A stretch of 64,000 nucleotides of DNA from the human T2T-CHM13v2.0 reference genome, Homo sapiens (GCF_009914755.1 NC_060940.1); one strand, 5' to 3'. Positions 41,776 to 55,697 are shown, numbered from the stretch's first letter. Numbers and translations are program-made. Notes: generated by a model not told the origin, from the letters alone.

Positions 41776-42654
41776 TTCATCCCCCAGACCAGTACCCCAC
41801 AGTGCTCGCTCACATTTGAGCACAGTCTTCCCTCTGTCCAGGTGCTGGTGTTCATGAATTACTGCTTGGCACAAATGAATGGCTGCATACCCCTTCCTGG
41901 GAGGAGCAAGCCAGCCTTTACCTGAAGGAGGCTCTTGGCAGCTTTACGGGAGTGCTGTTGGGTGTGAGAAAGAGACTCTCAAAGGAAAACAACATTTTGA
42001 TGCTCATAAAATTTAATGTTCTTTCATTTACTGTCTTTCTCTTGAAACTTGGACATAATTTATTGAGCCCGTGGTTGAAATATTCAGGAGGTCTCTGTGT
42101 GCTACTTCGAAGGGAATATGATTAAAAACGCACACCAGCCTCCACTGATTTCTCAAGACATGAGAACACGACAAAGAGCCACATAATTTCAGAATTCACA
42201 TCTTTATGTGAAAGCCTGTGCTTTCCAGCACCTTGCAGAATGAATGGAAAAGCAGCACTTCAGGGTGAAATGTTTTCCAGAAAACTTCTGACTTGGTGTG
42301 CTAGTGTTAGCTTCACGGTACTAAATAACTTCTGTGTCCAGCAACCTATTCTCGGAGATAAAGAGAAGCTGCCCCAGGCCCTGTGCCAGGCTGGCTGCTC
42401 TGAAGTCACATCTTAACCATGTTTAAAATCCTGCTCGATACGATGGAGCCCCACTTTATAGCCGAGGAAATGGGAGCAGATGAATGATGGGGCTTGGGTG
42501 TGAACCTGTTCTCATGCCTCCTGCCAGCTGACCTCTTCCTGCCTTTGGCCTCAGCTTAGTATCACAAGCCCTAGGACGGGTAGCTGCCTCCCCTTCCTGT
42601 TCCCAGGGACCGTAGTCTTCCTGCTGTGCCACTGGCCACTTTGTCTGAGAACCG

Positions 42655-42835
42655 TTGACCACCTAGATCCCCACGAGATACGGAGCTCTGTGAGGGCAGG
42701 GGCAGGGGCAGGGGCAGGGTCCTTGTCACACTGATGCCCAGAGCTCAGATCAGTGCCTGGCACACCGTTGCTCAATAAATGTTTGTTGAATGAATGAAGA
42801 AACGTGAATGAATGACTGAATAAGTAAATGAATTA
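42655..42835 (+). mobile_element. L2 3' end
   Basis: agctctgtgagggcaggg...agtgcctggcaca...gctcaataaatgtttgttgaatgaatgaa. Confidence 0.8.
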
Positions 42836-42873
42836 GTGCTTCCAGGCCTGTGCAGGGAGGTGCATTTGACCTC

Positions 42874-43232
42874 TTCTGTGGTTTAGCTGTGTCCCCACCT
42901 AAATCTCATCTTGAATTGTAGCTCCCATAATTCCCACATGTTGTGGGAGGGACCCAGTGTGAGATAATTGAATCACAGAGGTTGTTCCCCTCTCCTGTTC
43001 TTGTGGTAGTGAGTCTCATGAGATCTGATGGTTTTATGAGAGGTTTCCTCTTTCTCTTGGCTCTCATTCACTCTCTTGTCTGCCGCCATATAAGACATGC
43101 CTTTCGCCTTCTGCCAGATTGGGAGGCCTCCCCAGTCATGTGGAACTTGTGAGTCCATTAAACCTCTTTTTCTTTATAAATTACCCAGTCTTGGGTATGT
43201 CTTTGTCAGCAGCATGAGAACAGACTAATACA
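42874..43232 (+). mobile_element. THE1-type MaLR solo LTR
   Basis: gctgtgtccccacctaaatctcatcttgaattgtagctcccataattccc...cagactaataca; 5-bp TSD acctc (42869-42873 / 43233-43237). Confidence 0.92.
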
Positions 43233-46200
43233 ACCTCACAAAGGGAGAGGGTTTATAAAATAACCCAAAGCAGAGAGAGATTGTCCAGCATGGTGGTGTG
43301 AGAAAGGACTCTGGTTCCAATCCCACGGCCTTTAGTGTTAGCTTTGCCCAGGACTAAACCTCCGTGAGCCTCCATTTCCTCAATCTGTAGATGGAACCAC
43401 TAGCTAGAATATAGAAACCATGAGGGCAAGAGTCTCTCTTGTTTGCTGCTGTATCCATAGTGTTTAAAACAGGGTTTGGCAAATGGTAGATGCTCAGTAG
43501 ATGTTTGTGGAATGAATGAATGAATGAATGAAAGAATCTGAGAATTTTCAGATATTGAAGATAAGTTTCTTAAGAAGGAGCCATGGACAGGCCTTGTATG
43601 GATAAGTTAACACAAGGATGGGGCTTAGGGTTGGGTCTGGCGTCCAATACATGCTCAGTAAATGTTTGCTCTTAATGACAGTGGCCTCACTGTATCCTCC
43701 TCTTCCTCTTTCTCCTCCTGGGCTGCCTGCCCAGCAGGCTGGAGAAGGCTTTCTGTGCTGGGGAGGGGAGGAGGCCAACGCTGCGCTGCCTTCTAACTCC
43801 CAGGTCTTGGGAAATCAATAGCCGTCCTCTGCAAGCCAGCCTGTAACCACTGTGCTTTTGAAAGGAGAGGCCAGCAGAGCCTTTTTAAAGTAATTCCGGC
43901 CCCATTTTCACAGGCCTAGCCGAGCACCATGTTTTGTGCTTGTGATGGAACTATAATTACACCCATTGTGTGGCGCCAAGTAAACCACCTCATATGCTAC
44001 GTTTAAGGAAAGAGGCCTCTGCCCCTTTTTCCGCTGACCCTCCCATAATCCATGCAGCAGAAATAAGCCCTACAAGTGTCTGGTGTTGTCAGTGGCTTTG
44101 GCAGTGATCTCCAGTAACACACGTGGAGTTGGGTAAGATCCTGTGCTCTGCGCTAGAGCTGTGAACTGCCCAGGAGACATTACCATCTGCAGAAGTGCAT
44201 GCTACACCTTCTTCTGGGGGAGCCTCATGTAACAGATAGAACATGGGTCTGGGCGTTAGCTACTGCAGCCATCTCCATGTGACCATGGGCAAGTGTTCTA
44301 GTCCCTGTGGGCCTCAGTTTCCTCCCATATAAAATAGGGACAACACCAGCACCTAGTATGATGTCTAAGACTTCTGTGTGCGGTTGTGCAGGTTGTACAC
44401 TGCACAACAGCTTATGGCTCTGGGGGGACCAGTGGGAGCTCTATCTAGCCGTGCTCCACTCACCGAACTCAGATATCATGGGTCTGTGGCCAGTCGGAGC
44501 ACTTCCTTTTATTGCATGAAAGAGCCTTTATGTCATACATGACGTACTTGACATTTAGTAAGTGCTCAGAAAACAGTAACTGTTGTTGTCACTACTACTG
44601 GGGGATGATCTGTGGAGGAGGTGGATGAATGGATCGAAGGCGTTGGGCAAGGAGATCAACTGAGATTTGAGTGACGTTGTGAAGGGTGGATAGCATTTTA
44701 GGATGTGGGCACAGTGGGAAGGTGGGGGTGCAGCCGTATTCTCGTTCCATCCATGTCGGTCCTTCTCTTGAAATGTTTTCTGCCCTCTCCTCCCACCTCC
44801 TCTCCCACCAGTTGCTTTTATGCCATGCCAAGAAAATTAGTGGAAAGCCATTGAAGAATTTTTTTTTAAGTTTGGATTGTGGACAAATGTGAATGTGGAC
44901 AGAATAGTAGAATGCACCTCTGTGTGCCCAGCACACAGTCCCGTCAGCTTCAGCAGCCACCAACCCAAGCCAGTCCCACTCCCCCCTCCCCACCGCCATT
45001 CCTAGTATTATTTTGAAGCAAATTGCAGACATCATGCAATCTAGTTTGTAAATGTTATTGAAGGATTTTAAGCAGTAAAGGGGGTGTGATCCTGGGTTTT
45101 AGAAAGATCATTTGAGCGTCAGCTGGTGGCGGGGGCAGCAGGGAGGCGGTGGTGTTTGTCTAGGTGGGAGGGGGCTTCTGAACCTAGGTTTGGCCACAGG
45201 ATGGAGGAGCGGGGACAGACCTTGGAGAGATGAAGGATGTAGATTCTACAGGACCAGTGGTACTGGACACTTCTGCTGGTGCCTCTTTAATGGATAATCA
45301 TGGTAATTAACATTTATGGAGTACTTTACGTAACCCTAAGTAAAGCACCTCTTTCTTTTATTATTTAAACCTCACAAAAGCCCTTTGACATTTGCATCGT
45401 TGTTAATGTGATTTTATGGATGAGAAACTGAGGCCCAGAGAGGTGGAGGTAAGTTGCCCAAAGTCACATCTAGGGAGTCAGGAATGGTGGGTTTTAATCC
45501 CAAATGGCCTGCCTCTGGCGTTCGCACCACGCCGCACACCCTCTCCCGTACTGCTCTCACAGGACAGGTGTGAATTGGGGAACCCGCTTAAAGACCCTCA
45601 CAGCTGCATGAGTGCCTCTTGTGTGTTCTTCTTAAAGGAACACACCTTTCAGCAGAGGGCTGGGGCTCCAGGTTTTGTTTTTTGCTTTCTTTCCCCTGTC
45701 ATTGCTCACCAACCACCAGGAAGGTGTTGGCTGCTATTGTAACATGGTCATTTCTGTGGATTCTGCCTTGGCTCTTGGAGGGCTGTTGTAGGGGCCAGGA
45801 GAGCATCATTGTCTCCAGTGGGGTAGCAGCTGCTGCTCTATGAAGCCTCCCTCCCTGGCTTGCCTGTGTATATTCTGAAAGGCCACATGTCGGGAGAAAT
45901 GATGACCAACATTGGGGCCTGAGACCTGGCAGCCCCGTGGCCAAGCGATGACGGTCACCTAAACCTCTGCTTCTCAGAGGCGTCCCCTTACTAACTGAGC
46001 TGTTTTTAGTGATGGGTGTTGTCCCTCTTTAAACTGTAATCCCATCCTGATGTGTGTAAGCATTACCTCTTGCTATCTCAGTGTTCTGAGTGCTGAGGGG
46101 CTTGTTGCAGAGGTGATCAAGGGAACCTTTGAAATGTGAAGTTATCACCAGGGTTACTTAAAAGCCTCTGCTTAGTGACTCTGCAGACAGAGCCTACACA

Positions 46201-46778
46201 GCACTGTCTCGGTGGCACTTCAGGATGATCTGCCCCACAGGTCTCAGTTGAATTTATTACATGGTGGCTTTATGGTGCGGCATTGAGGAGGATGAGTCCC
46301 GAGATTCCAGAGCACCTGGCTCATCAGGGCAAGCCTGAATAACTTCCTGGGGCCAGCCGTCCCCACAGCAGAACCAAAGCAAAATGTGTATTGGAAGGAA
46401 GAAAGAAACAGGAGAGACTCCAAAGATGGGAGATGCAGGACCATGAGCCTCCATGCAGGCTCTGGAGCCAGACTGACCACCTCCCTCCCTTCCAGACTGC
46501 ATGACTTGGGACATTCGAGTCACCCTTCTGAGCCTCAGTTTTCCTTATCTGTAAAATGGGGGTAAATATACACCTCCCAGGCTTGTAGTGTCTGCTAATA
46601 TGTAAAACACTTAGAGTGCTATCAGACCCATAGCAGGTGCTCATTCTGTTACATCCTGTCCACATCATGGCAGGTACTGGTGACTGCCCGAGAACTCTTT
46701 CATCCCTTTGTACCTCGTGACAAACCTGTACAATAGGTGACAATAACCTCATTTGACAAATAAGATACCAGGAATCAG

Positions 46779-47078
46779 AGCTGGGTGTGGTGGGTCATGC
46801 CTATAATCGTAGCACTTCGGGAGGCTGAGGCAGGAGGATTCCTTGAGTCCAGGAGTTCAAGACCAGCCTGAGAAACGTAGCCATATCCTGTCTTTACAAA
46901 AAAAAAAAAAAAAATAGGTGAGCATGGTGGCACATGGCTGTAGTCCCAGCTACTTGGGAGGCTGAGACAGGAGGATTGCTTGAACCCAGGAGGTCGAGGC
47001 TGCATGAGCTGTGATTGCACCACTGTACTCCAGCCTGGGCAACAGAATAAGACCTTGTCTCTGGAAAACAAAATTAAA
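46779..47078 (+). mobile_element. AluJ with TSD
   Basis: TSD aaataagataccaggaatca / aaatagggtaccaggaatca. Confidence 0.93.
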
Positions 47079-48430
47079 AAAATAGGGTACCAGGAATCAA
47101 AGACGTGTGATTCTTTACACAAGGTCATCCAGCAGTGAGTAGACAGGACCTGGATTTGACCTCCAGGGCCTCATTTTTCTCCTTGACATGGAACATCTGG
47201 AAGTCATGTCTGCCAGTCTCCTGGAATGTCTTCATGCTGGGATTTTCGTTTGAAGCTGTTGTCGGTGTTGCCTTCACCTGAAGCAGAAACCATTTTGGAG
47301 AAGGCTTACCCTAGCTGCTGGGGAGCTCCTAGACTCTTCTCTGGGAGTCTCCTTTGGCCTTGCATTGGCCGAGGTTCTTACTTACTCTAGGTGCCCCTTC
47401 CCTTACTGCTAGAGTCCCCCTGAGGGGGATGTGGGAGCAGCCAGAGCCCACATGGCTTTTCCCCTCTGCCTGCTGATGGCAGCCATTCACTGTGGCGTTG
47501 ACAGCGCCTTTCCCCGGCTCTGTGTGTGTGTACATGTGTGTGTGTGTGACAGTGTCCCTTACCTTTGAGATGCTCCCAGCCCTCCATCCCTGGCTCAGCA
47601 CCCTTCCAGGTCCTCTGCTCTTCACTGGTACCTTGAGATGCTAGCTCAGCATCACAGTGATGGCGTATGCTGAGAGGGAGGAGAGAGGAGTGTGGCCACA
47701 AACACAGGCTGGGGAATCCGAATCCCAGTTCTGCTGCTTACTTCCTGTGTGGTCTTGGACAAGTTGCACACCCTTTCTGTGCCTCAGTTTTCTTAGCTAC
47801 AAAATTAGGGACGGTAACACCACTCACCTCCCAGGGGAGTTGTAGGGTACAGGTGAGTACTGCTCGGAGAGGAAGTGGAACATTCCTCGTGAGCAGGGAG
47901 TGCCCCCTGAGTCTGCCCACCCCTCCACACTGTCACCATCGCCCCTCTGGGAAGACAGCGCCCTTAGTTTACAGAACACTTCCCCATTCCTCAGCTTGTT
48001 TAAAAGTCTTGTGGCCTCCCGGTAGAGGAGCAGAGAGCGCTGAATTAAAAGCAGGAAGCTTGGTGTGTAGTTGTGGCTCTGTTAGGGAGTAAAATAAACT
48101 GTGTAGCTTTAGACAGGCCACTTGCCCCCCGCCAAGCCTACATTTCCTCAAATAGGCACAGTGTTTCTCTTCCTGGGTTATTTATTTGTTGCCTGAAAGG
48201 CCATGTGACCAGAACAGCATGGGCTTTGGAGCCCTAATAACTGGGATTCAGATTTCACTGTCACTCCCTGGACCCACCGTGCCAAGGTCAAAGAGAGCTA
48301 TGGCTACTAGAATTCCCTGAGGATTTCCTGTGACTCTGTGTCTAGTGCTAGATCTGGACACCCATTATTTCAATGAACATTTCTAGTTTTCTTAGTTTTC
48401 AAGGCTAAATGGACACTGTAAGACAATGTA

Positions 48431-48660
48431 CAGGTTGAGCATCCCAAATCCCAAAATCCCAAATTCAAAATATTCCGGAAGTCAGCATATTTTGAGTGCT
48501 GACATAATGCTCAAAGGAAATGCTCATTGGAGCATTTGGATTTCAGATTTTCAGATTTGGGATGCTCATCCTGTAAGTATAATGCAAATACTCCAAAATC
48601 CAAAAAATTCAAAATCCAAAATACTTCTGGTCCTGAGCATTTTGGATAAGGGATACTTGT
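48431..48660. mobile_element. Tigger4a/MER46-type MITE
   Basis: ta-caggttgagcatccc terminal repeat, internal quasi-palindrome, ends ggataagggatacttgta. Confidence 0.85.
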
Positions 48661-49164
48661 ATAGGCATCTAAAAGAATGACAGGCGTTGATAGCATTGGT
48701 TTTATCTCATTTTTCTTTTCAACTCTCTTGAATTTTATCCAAATGTGTCTGCAGTTTGGCTTTTTTTCATTATTTTTTATACTTGTTTTTCATAATTATT
48801 AATGCAAGAAATTGCTTCAGACACAGCACTTATAGGTCAATGCTTCTAAAACTATGGGAACCAGTTTTCTTTTTTAAAAAACTTTCAATTCATTGCAGAA
48901 TGATATTTTGCTAAATCACCAAAAAACAGTCTAGAAAAACCCTGAAGCTCCTGTTTCACAGCAATATGAAATTGCTTGAAACATTTCTAAATGCTTGCTT
49001 CCAGTTTCTTTCCTCCTCTGATGTTATACTGGTAGAAAACAGGTGGCACACCCACACCAGTTTGTGGGCCACCCTGTGCATGTCACTGTCATAGAGTCAC
49101 TTGCCGTGTGTGTGTGGCACTTGCTGTGTCATTATTGAGGTAGCAACACTGCATGTGACAGTTA

Positions 49165-49503
49165 CAGTTGGCCCTCTGTATCTGCGACTCTGCATCTGTG
49201 ATTCAACCAACTGGGGAGCAAAAATACCGGGCGGGGAGAATGCATCTGTACTGAACGTGTACAGACTTTTTTCCTTCTCTTTATTCCCTAAACAATATGG
49301 TAGAACAATTATTTACATAGCACTTACATCATATCAGGTACTGTAAGTAATTTAGAGATGATTTAGAGTATACAGGAGGAGGTGTGTAGGTTCTATTGCA
49401 GATACTAAAACATCATTTAATAGAAGGTACTGGAGTGCCCATGGATTTTGCTATCCGTGTGGAGTCCTGGGACCAATCCGCCACCCATACCGAGGGATGA
49501 CTG
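49165..49503. mobile_element. MER2 (Tc-mariner/Tigger) element
   Basis: TIRs cagttggccctctgtat / ataccgagggatgactg flanked by TA. Confidence 0.85.
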
Positions 49504-49725
49504 TACCGCCATCCGCTGTGGGCAGGCAGGGTTCATGCCATTTTCTTCTGGCTTGTGGCTTTGTTCACATCAGCGAGAGTTCAGAGGTGGAGAGGTGACA
49601 AGTGGAGGAGCTTCTGCAACGTCCCCGTTTTACAAATGAGGAAGAGGAAAACTGTTTCCTACAAGTAGGGAATGGCCCAACTGCCGTTCAAAGCTGAGTC
49701 TGTGAAATGCTCCTTTTGTGTTTAC

Positions 49726-49900
49726 CAGTGGCTCTCAACTCTGACTGATCATTACAGTCACCGTGGGCTTTAAAAAGTACTTCTTTGAGGTCCTTCCCCT
49801 CAGTCTACTGAATCAGAATTTCAGGGGCCAAGACCCAGAAATCCGCATTTTTCAGAAGCCCTCCCAGTGACTAGTGATCAGCTTGGGTTGGGAGCCACGA
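49726..49900. mobile_element. MER5A-like hAT element
   Basis: cagtggctctcaac...ctactgaatcagaat...tgggagccac. Confidence 0.7.
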
Positions 49901-51084
49901 GTCTAAACTATGTCACTTCCCTCTACTCTGCAGTACAAATGAATTGTCCTTAACCACCAAAGGGATCATCTTCCTACCATATCCCAAGAGGGAGTGCAAA
50001 GAGCACAGATAGTAGGGCCATTAAGGTGGAGGTTCAAATCCCCACTCTGTCACTTCCTTGTCCTGACATTTGAGGCTTATAAGCCAACCTCCCTTTGCCT
50101 CATTGGTAAGGAAAGCATGCCAGCCCTGCAGGGGGATTGTAGGAATTACATGAGCTGGTGCACCTAATGCCTATAAGAGGCCTGACACTTAGTTTGCTCC
50201 GGAGTGTGTGAACGCAAAGTGGGGACTGTCTAGGTTCACTTTTTAACAAAACAGGTGCAATGCCATCATCACAGAAAGAGGCTTCAGGCCCCTCCCCACA
50301 ACCAGAGTAAACTGGGCCTGAAAACGGGTTGTGAGTTTTATAAAACGTAACAGATTCTAAGGCATCGAAGTGAATAATCTTGGAGAGTTTTGAGTATGTG
50401 ACCCCCAAAGAGCCTCAGTTGCTATTGAAATTTTGGGGGGTGTCTTGATCTAATTAATCAAGAAGCATCTAATTTGTTAGCTGGAGGAGGGTGAAGCATG
50501 ATTTACTTGAATGTGATTAGATGGAGGGAACATTCTGATATGAAAGGAAATGCCAGAGGCGTTTTTGAAAAATTTGTAATCCTTTTCTGATTTGGCAGGT
50601 AATTATGATAATTCCTGGTATTTTTACAGACTTAAAAGTTTTCTCACAGCCACATTATTTTTGGAGATCATCTTTCCTGATACTCCAGCTGGAAGGAATT
50701 ACTCTATCTCCTAAAGCTCTGAAGGCATCATTTTCCAAAGCCCAACTCAAATGTCACTTTCTTGGTGGTGCTTTCCCCCATCTTTTAGGCCAGGGCTACC
50801 AAATAGGCATCATCTTGCTGGGCAACACACTGATTGGTTATGACTGCCTAGGTATCTTCTTGAGGAACAGTGATTGATTAGTGCTGTCTGCCAAGGGAAC
50901 AGCGGGCAGGGGAGTAGTGGCATCCTGAGATACTTACCCAGTCCCCTTTGATAGGCATTGAGGTGGATCCCAGCCATTTGGAGTTAAACTTGTATTTTGA
51001 GCTCACATGCAAGTAGAGAGGCAGGATTTCTGCCCAGCCATGATTTGTTAAATCGAAGGTGAGTGATTTAAAAAATTTGATAGA

Positions 51085-51500
51085 CTTGGAACCCACCCAA
51101 ATGTCCAACAATGATAGACTGGATTAAAGAAATGTGGCACATATAGACCATGGAATACTATGCAGCCATAAAAAATGATGAGTTCATGTCCTTTGTACGG
51201 ACATGGATGAAGCTGGAAACCATCATTCTCAGCAAACTATGGCAAGGACAAAAAACCAAACACCGCATGTTCTCACTCATAGGTGGGAGTTGAACAATGA
51301 GAACACATGGACACAGGAAGGGGAACATCACACACCGGGGACTGTTGTGGGGTGGGGGAAGGGGGGAGGGATAGCATTAGGAGGTATACCTAATGCTAAA
51401 TGATGAGTTAATGGGTGCAGCACACCAACATGGCACATGTATACATACGTAACAAACCTGCACGTTGTGCACACGTACCCTAAAACTTAAAGTATAAAAA
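51085..51500 (+). mobile_element. 5'-truncated young L1PA (about L1PA3-5): ORF2 C-terminal end plus 3'UTR
   Basis: cttggaacccacccaaatgtccaacaatgatagactggatt...taaaacttaaagtata-poly(A); perfect TSD aaaaaatttgataga (51070-51084 / 51501-51515). Confidence 0.95.
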
Positions 51501-51944
51501 AAAAAATTTGATAGATGTTGCCAAATAGGCAAGTTACTTAAACTTCTTGAATCTTCTACCTTCTCTCCAGCCCAAAAGATGAAACCCAGATGATGACTCA
51601 TAGTCTTTGCACCTCGTTAACTGATAAGTTGTGCACCTTGCAAGCACAAGTTCAGAACCACAACTTCTGCTGGCTAGGTGGTGTCCTTGGGCCTTTTGGA
51701 GAATCAAGGCTTCATTCCTGGTCCTCTGTCCCTTGCTGGGCTGGGTTTGTGGCTGTGTCAGCCCTGGTCTTTGTATCTCCACCTGGCATTTACTTTTGAT
51801 TTGTCACTGTCATAGTGTTGTCAAATGGCATCTCCTCCTTAACTACCTGCAGATGGATTAATTTTCATGAAATACAACAACTGAGGATAGAAGGAAGCAC
51901 ATCAGACTCTCAAACTGATGATGTCAGGACACAAGTGCCTGGTG

Positions 51945-51982
51945 GGGATATAGGCGTGGGATATAGGCGTTGGATATGGCAT
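51945..51982. repeat. 13-nt tandem repeat GGGATATAGGCGT, two exact copies plus one degenerate
   Basis: Direct reading. Confidence 0.85.
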
Positions 51983-54900
51983 GGGAGGCTGCCTGGCATG
52001 TCCCAAGGCTCATTAGATAGGTGACTCCCGAATGTTAACTCTTGGAGGGGTGGGCCTTCCCTGACACCCTGTCTTCTCTCCGAGTCACTCTAGCATAATT
52101 TACCAAATGTCAAAGGATGTGAACTGTGTGGCTCTCCTTTCTCCTCCCTAAGATCCTAGCACTGTGCCTGGAAGATGGCTAGCAACTCTGTGGTGCTCTT
52201 GCTTCGGGGCACACTGAGTGCTCCCCACAGCATTTCTATCTCCTTGGTGTGGCACATCATGGCCTTTCTCCATCTGGCCCCTGGACACCTACTTGTCTGC
52301 CACTTCCTCCATGTCTCCTGTCATGATCACCCATGTCATAAAACCAGCTCTCATCCACTGGGAACTTATCCTGCCCCAGATGTGCTGCCAAGCCTGCTAA
52401 GTGCGGCATCTCTTGCCATCCTCACAGTGGCCTGGTGAAATGGGTGTGGTTTTTAATGCCCATTTCATAGACGCACAGCCACAGGCTCATACCAGAACAC
52501 ACACACTGTCAGTAACTGATCAAGCCCAGGCCCATCTTGCACCAAGGCCCGATGCCTGAACCACCTCTCTCCGCCTCCTCCCTGCCAGCCTCTGGTGCCG
52601 GCATTTGCACCTGTAGTTTCCTCCACTGGTCATACCTTTCTCTTCCTTGTCTCCAGGGTGACCTCTTATTGCTCAACATGTTTATGGAGCAGAGAAGGCC
52701 TGTGGGGACTGAGTGAGTTAGTGAGACCCCAAGAGGGAGAAGGGGGATTGGAGAGAAAGGCTGGGGCTGCATCTTGAAGGAGTTTGGGTTTTACTCTTAA
52801 AGCAGTGGAAGCACTGAAAGTATTAAACAGCAGGTGACAACATTAGATGTTACTTTGGGAAGATCATTGTGCCTGCTTGGAGGAGAATGGATTGGAGGGC
52901 ACCTGTTCTCTCTCTGTCCTATTTTCTGTGGGTGTTGAAAAATAAGAAGGTCAGATGAGAACCCATAAGTGCCCTCAAAGCCTAATAAAAATTCCAAGAG
53001 GCAGTGGTTGTGCAGCCTACTTTTATTTTTGTGATAACAGGAACTATTTGTGATCTCACATTCTCTCTTCTGAGGCTCTTTCTGAGTCTTGAATTTATTT
53101 CTAGTTATACTGGAGTTTGGAAATAGTTATTCGAGGAACAGTAAGCTCAGTGTGGTTTATGTAAGATGAAAGCTGTTGATACCAATGGCTGTAGGTAGGG
53201 ATATGTGATATAAAAACTCAGAGTTTCAGAGGTTAGCTTAGTAACAATGAACATCATAGTTTTAATGGTTGCTGGAAATTATTTGATCAAATTTTGTCTC
53301 TTAAGTTGCATGGGATTTTTCCTTTTCATTCCCTAGTGAAATGAAAGATTTGCCTGATGTGGTCAAGTTCTGCTCTTCTGGCTGTGGAAGAGCACCAGGG
53401 TTTTGACAGCTTATGGTAAACACAACTTGGATCTGGGACGTTTCGGTGTTTCCTGCATTTATGGAAAATTGCAGTAACACTCTGGCTCCCACTGCAAAAC
53501 AAAACAGAAACAAAACACAAAACCCTGCTTGGCTTTGGAAATGGCAGTGGCATTTATTTAAGGCTCACATTTTGTGGGGGCACATTGGCAGGTACTTAGC
53601 AGTAATATCGGCAGCTGTGGATTTCTGGTTTGCTGCGTGGTGAATGGATTCACAGCCCAGAGGAAGCTCGTGGGGGGTTTATGTGATTTCTGTGTGGAGG
53701 AGGCACAAAGGCATTATTAGCAGTACTGTGTTTGTTTGTTAAAGGCCCAAAGACGATCGACTCAACCTTTTCTTATCCAAAAGGAATAAGGTAACAAAGG
53801 AATATTAATTTTACATCTGTACAAAGAAAAAAGCTGGCAGAAAGGCTCAGTGACTTATTCTGCCTTTGTTAATTGCATGGTTCTTGCAGTATCTTTTGTG
53901 TCATTTTCACTTACTATTTCATATTTCACACTGGTTTGAAAGCGTCTGTACCTCAGGGACAGAAGGGGGTACCTTTGGAGGGGAACTCACAGAGCAAGTT
54001 ACTGGAAGCCTGATATATTTCATGTTGATTGCACAGTGGCTCCCTTGTATTTCAGATGAAGAATTTTAATTCTTTATAAAGGGTCTAAGTGGCTTCTCTC
54101 ACTGATGAAGGGGAGCTCAAATAAAAGTAGAAAGAATGAGAAGGAAACATACCCCTTTGGCTATCATTCATATCTTGGCGGATTCTCTTCTGTGAGTTAC
54201 CCTTCATACAACAACAAAAAAAGAGGGCTCCCTTTTATTCCTCCTCAGATACGACACACATTTAGCGACCCCTGTTTTTTCCACAGAGCTTCTCCCTGTA
54301 TCCCTCCTTTACTCTGACAGTGTCTTCTGTAGCTCATGTAAAGTACTTACTGCAAATGGCCTGGTATTGTTTTCGCACTGCATACAGTGTAGTTAGTGCT
54401 TAGGTGAGTCCTGGGGCGTTGGAGGGGTGATCTCTTGGGAAGGTTAGGGAGCTAGGGGTCTAGATAAGGATCTGCCTGACCTCGCATTCTGGGGACTTCT
54501 CTTAAAGATGCTTGCAGGATTCTTCCTTCAGGGTTCTTGGAGAGTGTAGCAGGATTACATCTCACATTTCTCTAAAAGGCTTAAGTAAATTATAGTTGAA
54601 TAGTCTGTACATTGACTATAGACCATCTGTAGTCACCTCCAGTTTTATTTATTGGGGATCAGCTGAGAATATCGAATAATTCAATTTGGAAAAATTCAGC
54701 AGCTTACAGCTGGCCCAAATGGGTTGCATGTGGGCAGAGTGGAGTGGCAGGACCACAGCGCATAGCCAGGGCTCTGGTGTCAGTTCCTTGTTAGATGTTT
54801 GACCTTGACAGAGCGAGATCTTATTTAAAAAAAAAAAAAAAAAAAAAAGAGAGAGGAAAAAAAAAGCCCAAGGTCCAAACATGATCTGATACTATCCTAT

Positions 54901-55108
54901 TTGGACCATAACTTCATACTGTTGACTCTGAAGTGTCGGTATGAAGCAGGTCAAGACACATTGAGCTTACGGGTGGATTGCATGGTTCACAGGTAAGCAG
55001 TGTCATTGACTCCAGCCCCAACAGCCTACAGATGTTTTGGTGACAGGTGTCAGGAAGGAGAGTCCAGAGAAGGCGGGATTGGTCCCTGGGGAATGTCTGC
55101 CTCTAAGC

Positions 55109-55134
55109 CTCACCTTTCCGTGCTTGTGTTCCAG
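55109..55134 (+). promoter_or_regulatory. 3' splice site: candidate branch point CTCAC (A at 55112), polypyrimidine tract, CAG
   Basis: YTNAY motif 23 nt upstream of the exon, followed by an AG-free pyrimidine-rich tract ending in CAG. Confidence 0.7.
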
Positions 55135-55251
55135 GTGGCAGAGATGCATGGCGAGCTGATTGAGTTCAACGAGCGCCTGCACAGGGCCCTGGTAGCCAAG
55201 GAAGCCCTCGTGTCCCAGATGAGGCAGGAGCTCATCGATCTCCGGGGACCG
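55135..55251 (+). CDS. SNX29: Internal coding exon of sorting nexin 29 (coiled-coil region), 39 codons, phase 0/0
   Basis: Acceptor cctttccgtgcttgtgttccag|G, donor CCG|gtgagt. Open frame VAEMHGELIEFNERLHRALVAKEALVSQMRQELIDLRGP with helical/heptad character, GC3-rich codons and local CpG retention. Peptide recognised from memory as SNX29, not database-checked. Confidence 0.92.
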
Positions 55252-55257
55252 GTGAGT
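55252..55257 (+). promoter_or_regulatory. 5' splice site GTGAGT
   Basis: Consensus donor directly after the Pro codon CCG. Confidence 0.9.
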
Positions 55258-55697
55258 GTTTCCCCAACCCTGTGTGTGTGTCAAGCCTCTGCTGCCCACA
55301 GCCCAGTAGAAAAGCACAGAGACTCACAGAGCAAGCAACCATGCATCCACTGGCCAGATTTGCCCACATTCACCTCTGCCACATTTGCTTTTTATTTTTT
55401 ATGGGGAGGGGGTAGAATAAGTAAAATGTTACAAGTTCTGTTGAAGCAACATTTCCTGTTTCTCCTTCTAGTCATCTATAGTTAAAATTGGCATATAGTC
55501 CCCTCCCCCCGCAAACCCATCTTTCCATACTTTACTACATGGGTAAATTTCCATGAGCAGTAAACAGTCTTGGTTTTGTGTTGTTAACTTTTACCTACAT
55601 GGTATTACTGTTGTATGTATCTGTTTGCCACTTGTTTTTGCTTATTTGTTTTTAATTGAATATTGTGGTTTGAGGAGTAATCCACGTACATCAGGTA

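Noticed and set aside
51085-51403. L1 ORF2 coding remnant
   Set aside because: Only the extreme 3' end of a truncated L1; cannot encode a functional protein.
55000-55485. 161-aa ORF as a standalone gene
   Set aside because: Only 55135-55251 has exon boundaries and coding character; the flanks are intronic read-through.
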